From NCBI GenBank assembly GCA_002863155.1, contig PKED01000047.1, positions 10,674-74,673 on the forward strand: a stretch of 64,000 nt of DNA. The letters are read 5' to 3'. The notes beneath the pieces were generated by a model. It saw only the letters and a list, made by a program, of their open reading frames with translations, did not search any database and was not told where the DNA came from. Position 1 is the first letter of the stretch. Each line of letters begins with the position of its first letter. This document shows positions 30,769 through 42,796 of this stretch, one piece after another. Source of the stretch: Sphingomonadaceae bacterium. Lineage in GTDB: Bacteria; Pseudomonadota; Alphaproteobacteria; Sphingomonadales; Sphingomonadaceae. The translations under genes and the position numbers were made by a program.

Positions 30769-31929
30769 ATGACTGATACTGCCGCGCTTGACGCCGTTAC
30801 TGCGCCTGCGAAACCCCTTACAAAACCCGCCCGCCCGTTCTTCTCGTCGGGCCCTTGCGCCAAGCCGCCGGGCTGGAATGCCGCGAAGCTCGCTACCGGC
30901 TCGCTCGGCCGGTCGCACCGTTCGAAGATCGGCAAGGCGCGGCTGCAGCACGCGATCGACCTGATCCGCCAGATTTTGCGCGTGCCCGACACGCATCGGA
31001 TCGGCATCGTCCCTGCCTCCGACACCGGCGCCTATGAAATGGCGATGTGGACGATGCTGGGCGCGCGGCCCGTGACCACGCTCGCTTGGGAAAGCTTTGG
31101 CGAGGGCTGGGTGACCGACGCGGTCAAGCAGCTGAAGCTCGATCCGACCGTGATCCGCGCCGATTACGGCCAGCTGCCCGATCTGGGCGCGGTCGACTGG
31201 TCCAACGACGTGCTGTTCACCTGGAACGGCACCACCAGCGGCGTGCGCGTGCCGAACGGCGACTGGATCAGCGAGAGCCGCGAGGGGCTGAGCTTCAACG
31301 ACGCGACCAGCGCCGTGTTCGCCTATGACATGCCGTGGGACAAGCTCGATGTGACGACTTTTTCCTGGCAGAAGGTGCTGGGCGGCGAGGGCGCGCATGG
31401 GGTCATCATTCTCGGCCCGCGCGCGGTCGACCGGCTGACCAGCTATACGCCCGCCTGGCCGCTGCCGAAGATCTTCCGGCTCGTGTCGAAGGGCGCGCTG
31501 GCCGAGGGTGTGTTCAAGGGCGAGACGATCAACACCCCGTCGATGCTGGCGGTCGAGGACGTGATCTTTGCGCTCGAATGGGCGCTGGGGCTGGGCGGGC
31601 TCGACGGGCTGATCGCGCGTAGCGACGCCAATGCCGCCGCGCTCGACCGGATCGTGGCGGAGCGCGACTGGCTCGGTCATCTTGCGGTCGACCCGGCGAG
31701 CCGCTCAAAAACCAGCGTCTGCCTGACCGTTGAGGGCGCCGATGAGGCGCTGATCAAGGCGATGGCCGGTTCGCTCGAAAAGGAAGGCGCAGCGTTCGAC
31801 GTCGCGGGGTATCGCGACGCGCCGCCGGGCCTGCGCATCTGGTGCGGCGCGACGGTCGACACCGCCGATATCGAAGCGCTAGGTCCCTGGCTCGACTGGG
31901 CCTATGCGAGCGCCCGCGCCCAAGCTTGA
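30769..31929 (+). CDS. serC: Phosphoserine aminotransferase
   Basis: FSSGPCAKPPGW, GRSHRSKIGK, SDTGAYE, TFSWQK PLP lysine, GETINTPSML. Confidence 0.96.
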   Translation: MTDTAALDAVTAPAKPLTKPARPFFSSGPCAKPPGWNAAKLATGSLGRSHRSKIGKARLQHAIDLIRQILRVPDTHRIGIVPASDTGAYEMAMWTMLGARPVTTLAWESFGEGWVTDAVKQLKLDPTVIRADYGQLPDLGAVDWSNDVLFTWNGTTSGVRVPNGDWISESREGLSFNDATSAVFAYDMPWDKLDVTTFSWQKVLGGEGAHGVIILGPRAVDRLTSYTPAWPLPKIFRLVSKGALAEGVFKGETINTPSMLAVEDVIFALEWALGLGGLDGLIARSDANAAALDRIVAERDWLGHLAVDPASRSKTSVCLTVEGADEALIKAMAGSLEKEGAAFDVAGYRDAPPGLRIWCGATVDTADIEALGPWLDWAYASARAQA

Positions 31930-31930
31930 T

Positions 31931-32006
31931 CGTCATTCCCGCGAAGGCGGGAACCCATACCCACTGCCGTCAGCGAAAATGGATCCCCGCCTGCGCGGGA
32001 ATGACG
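31931..32006. repeat. CGTC-tagged REP doublet (REPIN-like)
   Basis: CGTCATTCCCGCGAAGGCGGGAACCCA...TGGATCCCCGCCTGCGCGGGAATGACG; inverted arms, each with an internal hairpin. Confidence 0.88.
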
Positions 32007-32028
32007 GCTGAAATCCAAGGAATCTCCC

Positions 32029-33606
32029 ATGCCCAAAGTCCTCATTTCCGACAAAATGGACCCCAACGCCGCCGCCATCTTTCGCGCGCGCGGGGTCGAG
32101 GTCGACGAGATCACCGGCCAGACCCCCGAAGAACTCGCCGCGATCATCGGCCAATATGACGGCCTCGCTATCCGCAGCTCGACCAAGGTGACCAAGGCGA
32201 TCCTTGATGCCGCGACCAATCTGAAAGTCGTCGGCCGCGCCGGGATCGGCGTCGACAATGTCGATATCCCAGCCGCATCGGCCAAGGGCGTCGTCGTCAT
32301 GAACACCCCCTTCGGCAATTCGATCACCACCGCCGAACATGCGATCGCGCTGATGTTCGCGCTCGCCCGCCAATTGCCCGAGGCCGACGCAAGCACCCAG
32401 GCGGGCAAGTGGGAAAAGAACCGCTTCATGGGCGTCGAGCTGACGTCGAAGACGCTGGGCCTGATCGGTGCGGGCAATATCGGCTCGATCGTTGCCGACC
32501 GGGCGCTTGGCCTGAAGATGAAGGTGATCGCGTTCGATCCTTTCCTGACGCCCGAACGCGCGATGGAAATGGGCGTGGAAAAGGTGACGCTCGACGATCT
32601 GCTCGCGCGTGCCGATTTCATCACGCTCCACACGCCGCTGACCGATCAGACGCGCAATATCCTGTCGGCGGAGAATCTCGCCAAGACGAAGAAGGGTGTG
32701 CGGATCATCAACTGTGCGCGCGGCGGGCTGATCGACGAGGCGGCGCTGAAGGCGGGGCTCGATTCGGGCCATATCGCGGGCGCGGCGCTCGACGTGTTCC
32801 AGACCGAGCCCGCGAAGGAATCGCCGCTGTTCGGCACCCCCGGCTTCGTCTCGACCCCGCATCTGGGGGCGTCGACGACCGAGGCGCAGGTGAATGTCGC
32901 GCTGCAAGTCGCCGAGCAGATGGCGGATTATCTGACGACGGGCGGCATCACCAACGCGCTCAACGTGCCGTCGCTGTCGGCGGAGGAAGCCCCCAAGCTA
33001 AAGCCGTATATGGCGCTTGCCGAAAAGCTCGGCTCGCTGGTCGGCCAGCTGGCGCATGGCGCGCTCTCGGGCATTTCGGTCGAGGTCGAGGGGGCCGCGG
33101 CGCAGCTCAACCAGAAGCCCATCACCAGCGCCGTGCTCGCGGGCATGATGCGCGTCCATTCAGACATCGTGAACATGGTCAACGCGCCGTTCCTGGCGAA
33201 GGAGCGCGGGCTCGACGTGCGCGAAATCCGCCACGACCGCGAAGGCGATTACCACACGCTGGTGCGCGTGACGGTGAAGACGCAAGCCGGCGACCGGTCG
33301 GTCGCGGGCACGTTGTTCGGCGATCAGGCCCCGCGTCTGGTCGAGCTGTTCGGCATCAAGGTCGAGGCCGATCTGGTCGGCCATATGCTGTACGTCGTCA
33401 ACGAAGACGCGCCGGGCTTTATCGGGCGGCTGGGCACGCTGCTCGGCACCGAGGGCGTCAATATCGGCACGTTCCACCTCGGTCGTCGTGCGGCGGGCGG
33501 CGAAGCGGTGCTGCTGCTGTCGGTCGATGAGGCGGTGACGCCCGGCCTGATCGCCAAGGTCCGCGAACTGGCCGGCGTGAAGACGGTGATGGCGCTGGCG
33601 TTTTGA
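32029..33606 (+). CDS. serA: D-3-phosphoglycerate dehydrogenase
   Basis: GRAGIGVDNVD, NTPFGNSITTAEH, GAGNIG, PHLGASTTEAQ, ACT domain. Confidence 0.97.
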   Translation: MPKVLISDKMDPNAAAIFRARGVEVDEITGQTPEELAAIIGQYDGLAIRSSTKVTKAILDAATNLKVVGRAGIGVDNVDIPAASAKGVVVMNTPFGNSITTAEHAIALMFALARQLPEADASTQAGKWEKNRFMGVELTSKTLGLIGAGNIGSIVADRALGLKMKVIAFDPFLTPERAMEMGVEKVTLDDLLARADFITLHTPLTDQTRNILSAENLAKTKKGVRIINCARGGLIDEAALKAGLDSGHIAGAALDVFQTEPAKESPLFGTPGFVSTPHLGASTTEAQVNVALQVAEQMADYLTTGGITNALNVPSLSAEEAPKLKPYMALAEKLGSLVGQLAHGALSGISVEVEGAAAQLNQKPITSAVLAGMMRVHSDIVNMVNAPFLAKERGLDVREIRHDREGDYHTLVRVTVKTQAGDRSVAGTLFGDQAPRLVELFGIKVEADLVGHMLYVVNEDAPGFIGRLGTLLGTEGVNIGTFHLGRRAAGGEAVLLLSVDEAVTPGLIAKVRELAGVKTVMALAF

Positions 33607-33625
33607 CGGAGCTAAGGGGCGGGCA

Positions 33626-34732
33626 ATGACCTCTTCGCTGCTTCCGGAAGGCTTTCACGATCGCCTGCCGCCCTATGCCGATGCCGCCGCGTCGCTCGAG
33701 GCGCGGCTGCTCGGCGCGGCGTTCGCCCATGGCTATGAGCGCGTCGATCCGCCGGTCGTCGAGTTCTTCGAAGGGCTCGCTCAACGGCTGAAGGCGTCGC
33801 GGACCATCGATGCGGTGCGCTATGTCGATCCGGTATCGCAGCGCACGCTCGCGATCCGGCCCGACATCACCGCGCAGGTGGGGCGGATCGCCGCGACGCG
33901 GATGGCCCATCACCCGCGCCCGGTGCGGTTGAGCTATGCCGGGCAGGTGATCAAGCTGCGCGCCGCCGAGCTCGATCCCGAGCGCGAGCGGCGGCAGGTC
34001 GGCTGCGAGCTGATCGGGCTCGACAGCGTGCCCGCCGCGCAGGAGATCGTCCGGGTCGCGGTCGACGCGCTGACTGCCGCCGACATTGGCGGGCTGTCGA
34101 TCGACTTCACCCTGCCGGACCTGGTCGACACGCTTGCGGCCGGGCCGCTGCCGGTGGCGGCCGACCGGATCGAGCGGCTGAAGGATCGGCTCGACGCCAA
34201 GGATGCCGGCGCGGTCGCGGCGATCGACGCGCGTTATCTGCCGTTGATCGAGGCGGCGGGCCCTTTCGTGGCGGCGCACGACCGGCTCTGCGCGTTCGAT
34301 GTGGGTGGCGCGCTGCGATCGCGGCTCGACGGGCTGTGGCAGATCGCACAGGCGCTCGACGGGCGCATCGCGATGACGCTCGACCCGACCGAGCGACACG
34401 GGTTCGAATATCAGAGCTGGATCGGCTTTTCGATCTTCGCAGGCGGGGTGCGCGGCGAGATCGGCCGCGGCGGCAGCTATGCCGTCGTCCATGAGGGCGG
34501 CGCCGAGGAGCCGGCGATCGGCTTCTCGCTCTATCCCGACGCGATCGTCGACGGCGGTCTGAGCGTGCCCGAGCGGCGGCGGCTGTTCGTCCCGCTCGGT
34601 ACCGATCCGGCGATGGCGGCGGCGATGCGGGCGCAGGGATGGGTGACGGTGGCTCAGCTGGAGGCGAGCGACAGCCCGGAAGCGCAGCTGTGCACCCATG
34701 TCATGACGGAAGGCGAACCGCGCACGCTCTGA
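33626..34732 (+). CDS. hisZ: ATP phosphoribosyltransferase regulatory subunit
   Basis: LPEGFHDRLP, RPDITAQVGR, RLSYAG, QVGCELIG, GRGGSY, AIGFS. Confidence 0.92.
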   Translation: MTSSLLPEGFHDRLPPYADAAASLEARLLGAAFAHGYERVDPPVVEFFEGLAQRLKASRTIDAVRYVDPVSQRTLAIRPDITAQVGRIAATRMAHHPRPVRLSYAGQVIKLRAAELDPERERRQVGCELIGLDSVPAAQEIVRVAVDALTAADIGGLSIDFTLPDLVDTLAAGPLPVAADRIERLKDRLDAKDAGAVAAIDARYLPLIEAAGPFVAAHDRLCAFDVGGALRSRLDGLWQIAQALDGRIAMTLDPTERHGFEYQSWIGFSIFAGGVRGEIGRGGSYAVVHEGGAEEPAIGFSLYPDAIVDGGLSVPERRRLFVPLGTDPAMAAAMRAQGWVTVAQLEASDSPEAQLCTHVMTEGEPRTL

Positions 34733-34742
34733 CCGGGGCGGA

Positions 34743-35657
34743 TCAGCGGGCGAAGCGGCGCATCAGATAGGCGTCGACAAGGGCCGTCGCCGGATAGTCT
34801 GATTCGCCAAGCCGGCGGTTGATCTCCATATGCCCGCGCAGGCCGGTGCCCGCGACGGCCTTCACCTCGGCCGCCGTGCCGCCCGCTCGGAGCGCTGCGG
34901 CGAGCGCCGCCGACTGTTCGGGGCTGCCGGGTCGGTCGATATGCAGGATCAGGAAATCGGTGGCGTTGGGCGCTGAGGCGTGCAGGGTCGGCGATAATGC
35001 CCGCTGCCGCGCCGGATCGCTGCCGAAGGCTTGGGAATAGGTATCGCGCATGAAGCCGCCGCCGGTCATCTGGCGCGGCACGTCATAGGCGGCGCCGTCG
35101 AGCAGCACCACACCACGAAGCGCGTCGGGCTGCATTCCCGCCTTGGCGAAATAGCGCGGATCGGTGCCGACAAGCGCTGCGAGATGCGCGCCCGCGCTAT
35201 GCCCCATCAGTACGATTCGCGTCGCATCGATACCGAGCTTCGTGGCCTGCGCGCGCAGCGCCGCAACCGCGTCGGCGACGTCCTGCGCCTGCTGCTCGAC
35301 CGTCGCGGCCGGGACAAGGCGATAATTGACCGACGCGACCGCATAGCCCGAAGCCCGCCAGTGGGAGACTTTGGCGCCCCCGGTCGCACTGGCCTTGTCG
35401 CCCATTCGCCAGCCGCCGCCATGGACGAAGATGATGAGCGGCGCAGAGGGCGCCGCGCCGCGCCAAAAATCCAGCCTTTGCGCCGGATCGCTCCCATAGG
35501 CGATCTCGACGCCGCCGGGCACGGGCGCCTGCTGCCCGCGCTGGAGCAGGCGTTCGCGAAACCGCTCGCGAAACCGTTGCCCGGCGTCGGCGGGCGTAAG
35601 CGCGGCAAAGGCGGTGAGCAGAAGCAGCAGCAGGCGGATCATCGTCGCTTCCCCCAT
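34743..35657 (-). CDS. Exported alpha/beta hydrolase (HSL-like esterase)
   Basis: HGGGW, GHSAG nucleophile elbow, signal peptide; start may be 35642. Confidence 0.88.
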   Translation of the reverse strand: MGEATMIRLLLLLLTAFAALTPADAGQRFRERFRERLLQRGQQAPVPGGVEIAYGSDPAQRLDFWRGAAPSAPLIIFVHGGGWRMGDKASATGGAKVSHWRASGYAVASVNYRLVPAATVEQQAQDVADAVAALRAQATKLGIDATRIVLMGHSAGAHLAALVGTDPRYFAKAGMQPDALRGVVLLDGAAYDVPRQMTGGGFMRDTYSQAFGSDPARQRALSPTLHASAPNATDFLILHIDRPGSPEQSAALAAALRAGGTAAEVKAVAGTGLRGHMEINRRLGESDYPATALVDAYLMRRFAR

Positions 35658-35753
35658 GGGTCGTTTCGAGCATGGGCTATGCCGGGGGCGATCCCCCGGT
35701 CAATTTGAAAGCTGTAACAAATTGTCGGGAGCCCCAGCCGCGCTGGGCCGAGT

Positions 35754-36452
35754 TCAATCCTTTGCCGAGATATCGAGACTGAAGGGCAGATAGAGCAGCA
35801 CCTCGGTAGGGCTGGTCAGGATCCACCGTACCGGCTGGGCAAGATTGCCGACCTGCGCGGCATAGCCCTCGCCGAACTGCTTGGCGGCGGCTGTCGCGTC
35901 GGCGGCGATCGCGGCGATGATCTGGCTGCGATACTGACTGGGATCGACGATCGACACGCCCGCCTCGCCATCGGCCTTGATCGTCGCGCGACCGCTTGTT
36001 GGCACCGCCTTGATGAAGCTGCTCATCCGATCGATCGCGGTCAGCGCGTCGGCATCCTTCAGCGGTGCCTTGATGATGAACCCGACTTGTTCGGCGTCGT
36101 CCCGATCATCGTCATCGTCGAATTCGAGGACCGACGCATAATTGGCGAGCGTCAGCGGGCGGATCACCGCGCCGCCATAGGAAAGGGCGAGCCCGCGCTT
36201 CTGCGCCGCTTCGATCGCGCTGCGCACCGTCGCCAGTATTTCCGCGCGGCGGGCCGTCTTGTCGCGGGTGTCGCCGTAAACTGTGACGCGCTGCACCGCG
36301 AAGTCCGCGCGTCGCTTGATGCCGACCCCCGTCACCTGTTGGGGTTCTGTGCCGGCGCGCTTCGTTCCGGTGACGACGATTTCGTCCTGCGCCAGGGCGG
36401 GTGCCGCAAGCGTCAAGCCCAGCAGCGCGATCACCAGACCTATCCGTATCAT
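35754..36452 (-). CDS. Exported hypothetical protein with TonB-box-like N-terminus (possibly SIMPL-like)
   Basis: Signal peptide ending ALA, then [11 protein letters not shown]; 232 aa with no beta-barrel. Confidence 0.7.
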   Translation of the reverse strand: MIRIGLVIALLGLTLAAPALAQDEIVVTGTKRAGTEPQQVTGVGIKRRADFAVQRVTVYGDTRDKTARRAEILATVRSAIEAAQKRGLALSYGGAVIRPLTLANYASVLEFDDDDDRDDAEQVGFIIKAPLKDADALTAIDRMSSFIKAVPTSGRATIKADGEAGVSIVDPSQYRSQIIAAIAADATAAAKQFGEGYAAQVGNLAQPVRWILTSPTEVLLYLPFSLDISAKD

Positions 36453-36543
36453 GCCCCTTCTCCCTGCCCATGTTGCGAAAGGTTGGACCGGTGGCGCCTG
36501 CCTGTCTAGAGCATCGGCTTTCATACGAACAAGGAAGCGAGCA

Positions 36544-37833
<1,290 letters not shown>

Positions 37834-37869
37834 TCGCGCCGCAACGCGCCCGGGGGCGTGGCCGGCGCC

Positions 37870-38166
37870 TTATTTCGGTGCGGGCGGCGCAGTGGTGTCG
37901 GTGCCGGGCGGCGTGCTGGGATCGCTCGGCGGTGCAGTGTCGGGTGTCGGCGGCGTCGGGCCTGGCTGCGGGTCCGGCGCGGTCGGCGGGGTGGTGGTCG
38001 TCGTCGAATCGGGGGTCGGCGACGGCGTCGGCACGGGGTCCGGCGCGGGGGTCGACTGGGCCGTTGGCGGCGACTTGGGCTTCTTGGGCTTGGTCGGGCT
38101 GGACTGCGCGAGCGCGACGCTCGACACGCCAAGGCCGATCAGCCCGACGATCAACTTGATACGCAT
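37870..38166 (-). CDS. Small exported Pro/Thr-rich low-complexity protein
   Basis: Signal peptide MRIKLIVGLIGLGVSSVALA followed by a P/T/D-rich tail. Confidence 0.7.
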   Translation of the reverse strand: MRIKLIVGLIGLGVSSVALAQSSPTKPKKPKSPPTAQSTPAPDPVPTPSPTPDSTTTTTPPTAPDPQPGPTPPTPDTAPPSDPSTPPGTDTTAPPAPK

Positions 38167-38183
38167 GAGGAATACTCCGGTTA

Positions 38184-38211
38184 CAATGCCACTGAACCAT
38201 CAGCGGCATTG
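38184..38211 (-). promoter_or_regulatory. 12-bp hairpin/palindrome upstream of the Pro-rich gene
   Basis: Minus strand CAATGCCGCTGA-TGGT-TCAGTGGCATTG (one G-U pair), 17 nt upstream of the ATG. Confidence 0.45.
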
Positions 38212-38309
38212 CTACCCATAACCGATTGCGGCGACTGGCGATCATGTCGACGGGCTCCGATCGTCGCCGACCATGGCCGACTCGTCCGGCTGCCGTGCTC
38301 TTTACGCGC

Positions 38310-39386
38310 TCAACCGCATTGGCCGCGATGCCGCAGCTTGTGGTCGGCAAGCACCAGCGCGACCATTGCCTCCACCACCGGCACCCCGCGAATGCCGACG
38401 CACGGATCATGGCGACCCTTGGTCATGATTTCCGTCGCCATGCCGTCGCGGGTGATCGTCTCGACGGGCGTCAGGATCGAGCTCGTCGGCTTGAAGGCGA
38501 CGCGCAGGCTGACTGGCTGGCCGGTCGAAATGCCGCCCGCGATGCCGCCCGCGTGATTGGCGAGGAATTCGGGCCCGTCCGCGCCGGGGCGCCCCGGGCG
38601 CATGGCATCGGCATTGTCCTCGCCGCGCAGCGCCGCCGCGCCGAAGCCGTCGCCAATCTCGACGCCCTTGACTGCGTTGATGCTCATGCAGGCGCTCGCC
38701 AGATCGGCGTCGAGCTTGGCATAGAGCGGGGCGCCCCAGCCGGCGGGCACCCCGGTCGCTTCGCAGGCGATGACGGCACCCAGCGACGAACCCGACTTGC
38801 GCGCGCCGTCGACCAGCGCTTCCCAGCGCGCGGCGGCGCTGGCATCGGGGCAGAAGAACGGGTTGCGGTCGATCTCGGCCGCGTCGAAATTGGCGGGGTC
38901 GACGCGATCGCCACCGATCGCCTCGACCCAGGCGCTGATCCGAACCTCCGGGATCACCAGCCGCGCGACCGCGCCTGCCGCAACGCGCATCGCCGTCTCG
39001 CGCGCGGACGATCGCCCGCCGCCGCGATAATCGCGAAAGCCGTATTTCGCGTCATAGGCGTAATCGGCATGGCCGGGGCGATAGGCCTTGGCGACGTCGG
39101 AATAATCCTTCGATCGCTGGTCGACATTGTCGATCATGAGGGCAATCGGCGTCCCCGTCGTCTGCCCCTCGAACACGCCGGAGAGAATGCGGACCTGATC
39201 GGGTTCCCGCCGCTGCGTGGTGAAGCGGCTGGTGCCGGGGCGACGCTTGTCGAGATAGGGCTGGAGATCGGCCTCGCTCAGCGTCAACCCCGGCGGGCAG
39301 CCGTCGACGACGGCGCCGATCGCCGGCCCGTGCGACTCCCCCCAAGTGGTGACGCGAAACAGATGGCCGAAGCTGTTGTGGCTCAT
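38310..39386 (-). CDS. aroC: Chorismate synthase
   Basis: [44 protein letters not shown]. Confidence 0.97.
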   Translation of the reverse strand: MSHNSFGHLFRVTTWGESHGPAIGAVVDGCPPGLTLSEADLQPYLDKRRPGTSRFTTQRREPDQVRILSGVFEGQTTGTPIALMIDNVDQRSKDYSDVAKAYRPGHADYAYDAKYGFRDYRGGGRSSARETAMRVAAGAVARLVIPEVRISAWVEAIGGDRVDPANFDAAEIDRNPFFCPDASAAARWEALVDGARKSGSSLGAVIACEATGVPAGWGAPLYAKLDADLASACMSINAVKGVEIGDGFGAAALRGEDNADAMRPGRPGADGPEFLANHAGGIAGGISTGQPVSLRVAFKPTSSILTPVETITRDGMATEIMTKGRHDPCVGIRGVPVVEAMVALVLADHKLRHRGQCG

Positions 39387-40186
39387 CCCAGCGTAATATC
39401 CGGCGCATCCTCCGCCTTCATGCCGACGACGTTGTACCCGGCATCGACATGGTGCGTTTCGCCCGTCACCCCGCTCGACAGATCACTGAGCAGGTACAGC
39501 CCCGCGCCGCCGACATCCTCGATCGTCACGTTGCGCTTCAGCGGCGAGTTATATTCGTTCCACTTCAGGATCAGCCGGAAATCGCCGATGCCGCTTGCCG
39601 CCAGCGTCTTGATCGGGCCGGCGGAAATCGCGTTGACGCGGATATTGTCGCGGCCCAGATCGACGCTGAGATACTGCACGCTCGTCTCCAGCGCAGCCTT
39701 GGCAACGCCCATCACATTGTAGTGCGGAATCACCTTTTCCGCGCCGTAATAGCTGAGCGTCAGCAGCGCGCCGCCATTGGGCATCATCGCCCGCGCCCGC
39801 TTCGCCACCGCGACGAAGGAATAGACGCTGATGTTCATCGTCATCAGGAAATTGTCGAGGCTGGTGTCGACATAGCCGCCCCGCAGCTCGTTCTTGTCCG
39901 AAAAGCCGATCGCGTGGACGACGAAGTCGATGGTCGGCCATTCGGCGGCAAGCTGCTCGAAGGTCTGGTCGAGCGCCGCCATGTCCGACACATCGCAGTC
40001 GAACAGCCGCGCCACGCCCAGCTGCTCGGCGAGCGGACGAACGCGCTTCTCCATTGCCTCGCCCTGATAGCTGAAGGCGAGCTCGGCGCCCGCCTCGCTC
40101 AGCTTCCTCGCAATGCCCCATGCGAGCGACCGATCATTGGCAAGCCCCATGATCAGCCCGCGTTTGCCCTGCATCAATCCCGTCAC
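39383..40186 (-). CDS. fabI: Enoyl-ACP reductase
   Basis: GTG start overlapping the yihY stop; [42 protein letters not shown]. Confidence 0.95.
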   Translation of the reverse strand: MTGLMQGKRGLIMGLANDRSLAWGIARKLSEAGAELAFSYQGEAMEKRVRPLAEQLGVARLFDCDVSDMAALDQTFEQLAAEWPTIDFVVHAIGFSDKNELRGGYVDTSLDNFLMTMNISVYSFVAVAKRARAMMPNGGALLTLSYYGAEKVIPHYNVMGVAKAALETSVQYLSVDLGRDNIRVNAISAGPIKTLAASGIGDFRLILKWNEYNSPLKRNVTIEDVGGAGLYLLSDLSSGVTGETHHVDAGYNVVGMKAEDAPDITLG

Positions 40187-41142
40187 GCGCTTTGCAACTC
40201 CCCGTCCGTGTCGTCGCTTCCTACTCCCTGTTCGTCCGCTTCCGCCAGTGCCGCGTTGAGCTGCGCCCCGACGACGAGGCCGAGCCCGACCAGGAAGAAG
40301 AAGATCAGCGCGATCATCACACCCGCCAGGCTGCCATAAGTCAGGTCGTAATTGGCAAAGCTGGCGAGCAGAGTCGGCAGCAGTGCGGTGACGCTCAGCC
40401 ACCACCCTGCGGTGAAGACGGCGCCGGGCCATTTCGGCGCCCGGCTTTCGCGGTATCGGCGCGGTGTCAGCGCGTAGAACAGCAGATAGAGCGCCCCGAA
40501 CAACGCGACCGCCGGCGCCAGCCGCGATACCGACACGATCATCGCCGCATCCTTGGCAAAGGGCATCGCCCGGACGATGAACTGTTCGGCAGCGACCAGC
40601 GTGACCTGAAAGCTGAACGCAATCAGCGCGAGCACCAGCGCGAAGATCACCAGCGCGATCGACCACAGGCGATGCTGCCAGAAGGGTCGCACCGACTTGA
40701 CGCCATAGGCGCGCCGCAGGATGTCGCGGATCGTCTCGACAAAGCTGGCGGTGGTCCAAAGGCCGACGAGCGCCCCGAACCACAGCAGCGAACCGGACCG
40801 CGCGGCTAGCACATCGGCGATCGGCGTCTGGAGCACCACCGCGACCTGTGGCGGGACATTGTGCAGGAACAGGTCCACCGTGCGCTGCCCGGCGCCGGTG
40901 CGGCCGAACAGACGCGCGACGGCGGCGGCGACGATGAAGAAGGGAAACAGCGCGACCAGCGAGAGATAGGCAAGGTTGCCGGCATGGATGAAGCCGTCGC
41001 TGAACACGCCGACGATCACGCGCTTGCCGACCTCGTATAGGTAGCTGCCGGGCGCCATGAAGGCGACGCGGCGGTTGAGTCTGATCCCTTCCCCCGGATG
41101 GCGGCGCCGCGCCTCGGGCGAGATGGGGGAATGATCGGACAT
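40183..41142 (-). CDS. YihY/virulence factor BrkB family membrane protein
   Basis: AGNLAYLSLVALFPF, YDLTYGSLAGVMIALIFFF; about six TM helices. Confidence 0.9.
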   Translation of the reverse strand: MSDHSPISPEARRRHPGEGIRLNRRVAFMAPGSYLYEVGKRVIVGVFSDGFIHAGNLAYLSLVALFPFFIVAAAVARLFGRTGAGQRTVDLFLHNVPPQVAVVLQTPIADVLAARSGSLLWFGALVGLWTTASFVETIRDILRRAYGVKSVRPFWQHRLWSIALVIFALVLALIAFSFQVTLVAAEQFIVRAMPFAKDAAMIVSVSRLAPAVALFGALYLLFYALTPRRYRESRAPKWPGAVFTAGWWLSVTALLPTLLASFANYDLTYGSLAGVMIALIFFFLVGLGLVVGAQLNAALAEADEQGVGSDDTDGELQSA

Positions 41143-41149
41143 GGCGCCG

Positions 41150-42082
41150 TCAGTTGTCGAACTTGCCGCGCGGATTGCCTTTGTCGCGGCCCGACCAGTT
41201 CTGGACGAATTCGACCAGCGCATCGTCAGCGACCGGCAGATCGACCATCAGCGTGACGAGCTGGTCGCCGCGCGCCCCGTTCTTTCCATGAAAGCCGCGT
41301 CCCTTCAGCCGCAAGACCTTGCCCGAGCTCGACCCCGCCGGGATGGTCAACATGACCGCGCCCGACACGGTCGGCACGCGCACGCTGGCCCCCAGCACTG
41401 CTTCGGCCAGGCTTATCGGCAGGTCGAGCCGGACGTCGTCGCCCTCGCGCGTGAAAAAGCGGTGCGGTTGGACATCGATCGTGACGATGGCGTCGCCGGG
41501 GCCGCCGGGGCCGGGGTCGCCCTTGCCCGCGAGCCGCATCTGGGTGCCGCTTTCGACGCCGGGCGGCAGCTTCAGGTCGATCGTCTTGCCGTCGGCCAGC
41601 GTGATCCGTTGCGGATTCAGGCTGGCCGCATCGGCGAACGGGACCGACAGGCGATAGGGGCGATTGGCGCCCTTTGGCTGCGGGCCGCGCCGTCCAAAGC
41701 CCCCGGCAAAACCGCTCCCCGATCGGCGTCCGCCGAACAACCCTTCGAAAATGTCGCTGAAATCGCCGCCATCGCCTGCATCGAACGCGCCGGCGCCGGG
41801 CCCGGGCGAGAAGCCGCCATTGTTCGGCGTCGGCCCCTGGCGGAAACCGAAGCCTGCCGGGTTGCCGTCGCCATCGATCTCGCCGCGGTCGAAACGCGCG
41901 CGCTTGTTCTTGTCGGACAGCAGGTCATAGGCGTTGGTGACGCGCGAAAAGCGTTCCGACGCCTTCGGATTGTCCTTGTTGCGGTCGGGGTGGAGTTCCT
42001 TGGCGAGCTTGCGATACGCCTTCTTGATATCGGCATCGCTTGCGCCCCGCGCCACGCCCAGAATCTGATACGGATCGGCCAT
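41150..42082 (-). CDS. DnaJ/CbpA-class co-chaperone (no zinc finger)
   Basis: J-domain [10 protein letters not shown]...HPD, G/F-rich linker, C-terminal MRLAGKG and LRLKGRG repeats. Confidence 0.93.
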   Translation of the reverse strand: MADPYQILGVARGASDADIKKAYRKLAKELHPDRNKDNPKASERFSRVTNAYDLLSDKNKRARFDRGEIDGDGNPAGFGFRQGPTPNNGGFSPGPGAGAFDAGDGGDFSDIFEGLFGGRRSGSGFAGGFGRRGPQPKGANRPYRLSVPFADAASLNPQRITLADGKTIDLKLPPGVESGTQMRLAGKGDPGPGGPGDAIVTIDVQPHRFFTREGDDVRLDLPISLAEAVLGASVRVPTVSGAVMLTIPAGSSSGKVLRLKGRGFHGKNGARGDQLVTLMVDLPVADDALVEFVQNWSGRDKGNPRGKFDN

Positions 42083-42220
42083 CATGCTCCCGTCGCTTGA
42101 TCGGCGCCTATTTGGGGGATCGGGCGGCCAAGCGCAAATCCTGCCGTTCCAATTCCCGGCATAAACGCGCCGCCGGGCAAAAGGGTGACGCGCGGCGGCC
42201 AAGCCGCTAAGGGCGGGCGC

Positions 42221-42796
42221 ATGACCGATCCCCTTGCCCTGTTCGACGAATGGTATGCCGAGGCCCGCGCCAGCGAGATCAACGATCCGAACGCCATGGC
42301 GCTGGCGACCAGCGATGCGACCGGTCGGCTGGGCTTGCGGATGGTGCTGCTGAAGGGGCATGGCTCGGATGGTTTCGTCTTCTACACCAACCAGGAAAGC
42401 CGCAAGGCCGCCGACCTTGCCGCCAACCGGCAGGCCGCGTTGCTGTTCCACTGGAAGACGCTGCGCCGGCAGATCCGGATCGAGGGGCCGGTTTCGACCG
42501 TCAGCGATGCGGAGGCGGACGCCTATTTCGCGACCCGTAGTCGCGATTCGCGGCTCGGTGCATGGGCGAGCGATCAGTCGCGTCCGCTCGATGCCCGCGC
42601 GACGTTCGAAGCGCGCTTCGAAGCGATGAAGGCGCGGTTCGAGGGCACCGACGTGCCGCGCCCGCCGCATTGGTCGGGATATCGCGTCGCGCCCGAGCGG
42701 ATCGAATTCTGGCAGGACCGGGCGCACCGGCTCCACGAGCGCCGCCTGTTCACGCGTGACGACGAGGGGTGGCGCGAGGGCCTGTTGTTCCCGTGA
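42221..42796 (+). CDS. pdxH: Pyridoxamine 5'-phosphate oxidase
   Basis: [38 protein letters not shown]. Confidence 0.96.
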   Translation: MTDPLALFDEWYAEARASEINDPNAMALATSDATGRLGLRMVLLKGHGSDGFVFYTNQESRKAADLAANRQAALLFHWKTLRRQIRIEGPVSTVSDAEADAYFATRSRDSRLGAWASDQSRPLDARATFEARFEAMKARFEGTDVPRPPHWSGYRVAPERIEFWQDRAHRLHERRLFTRDDEGWREGLLFP

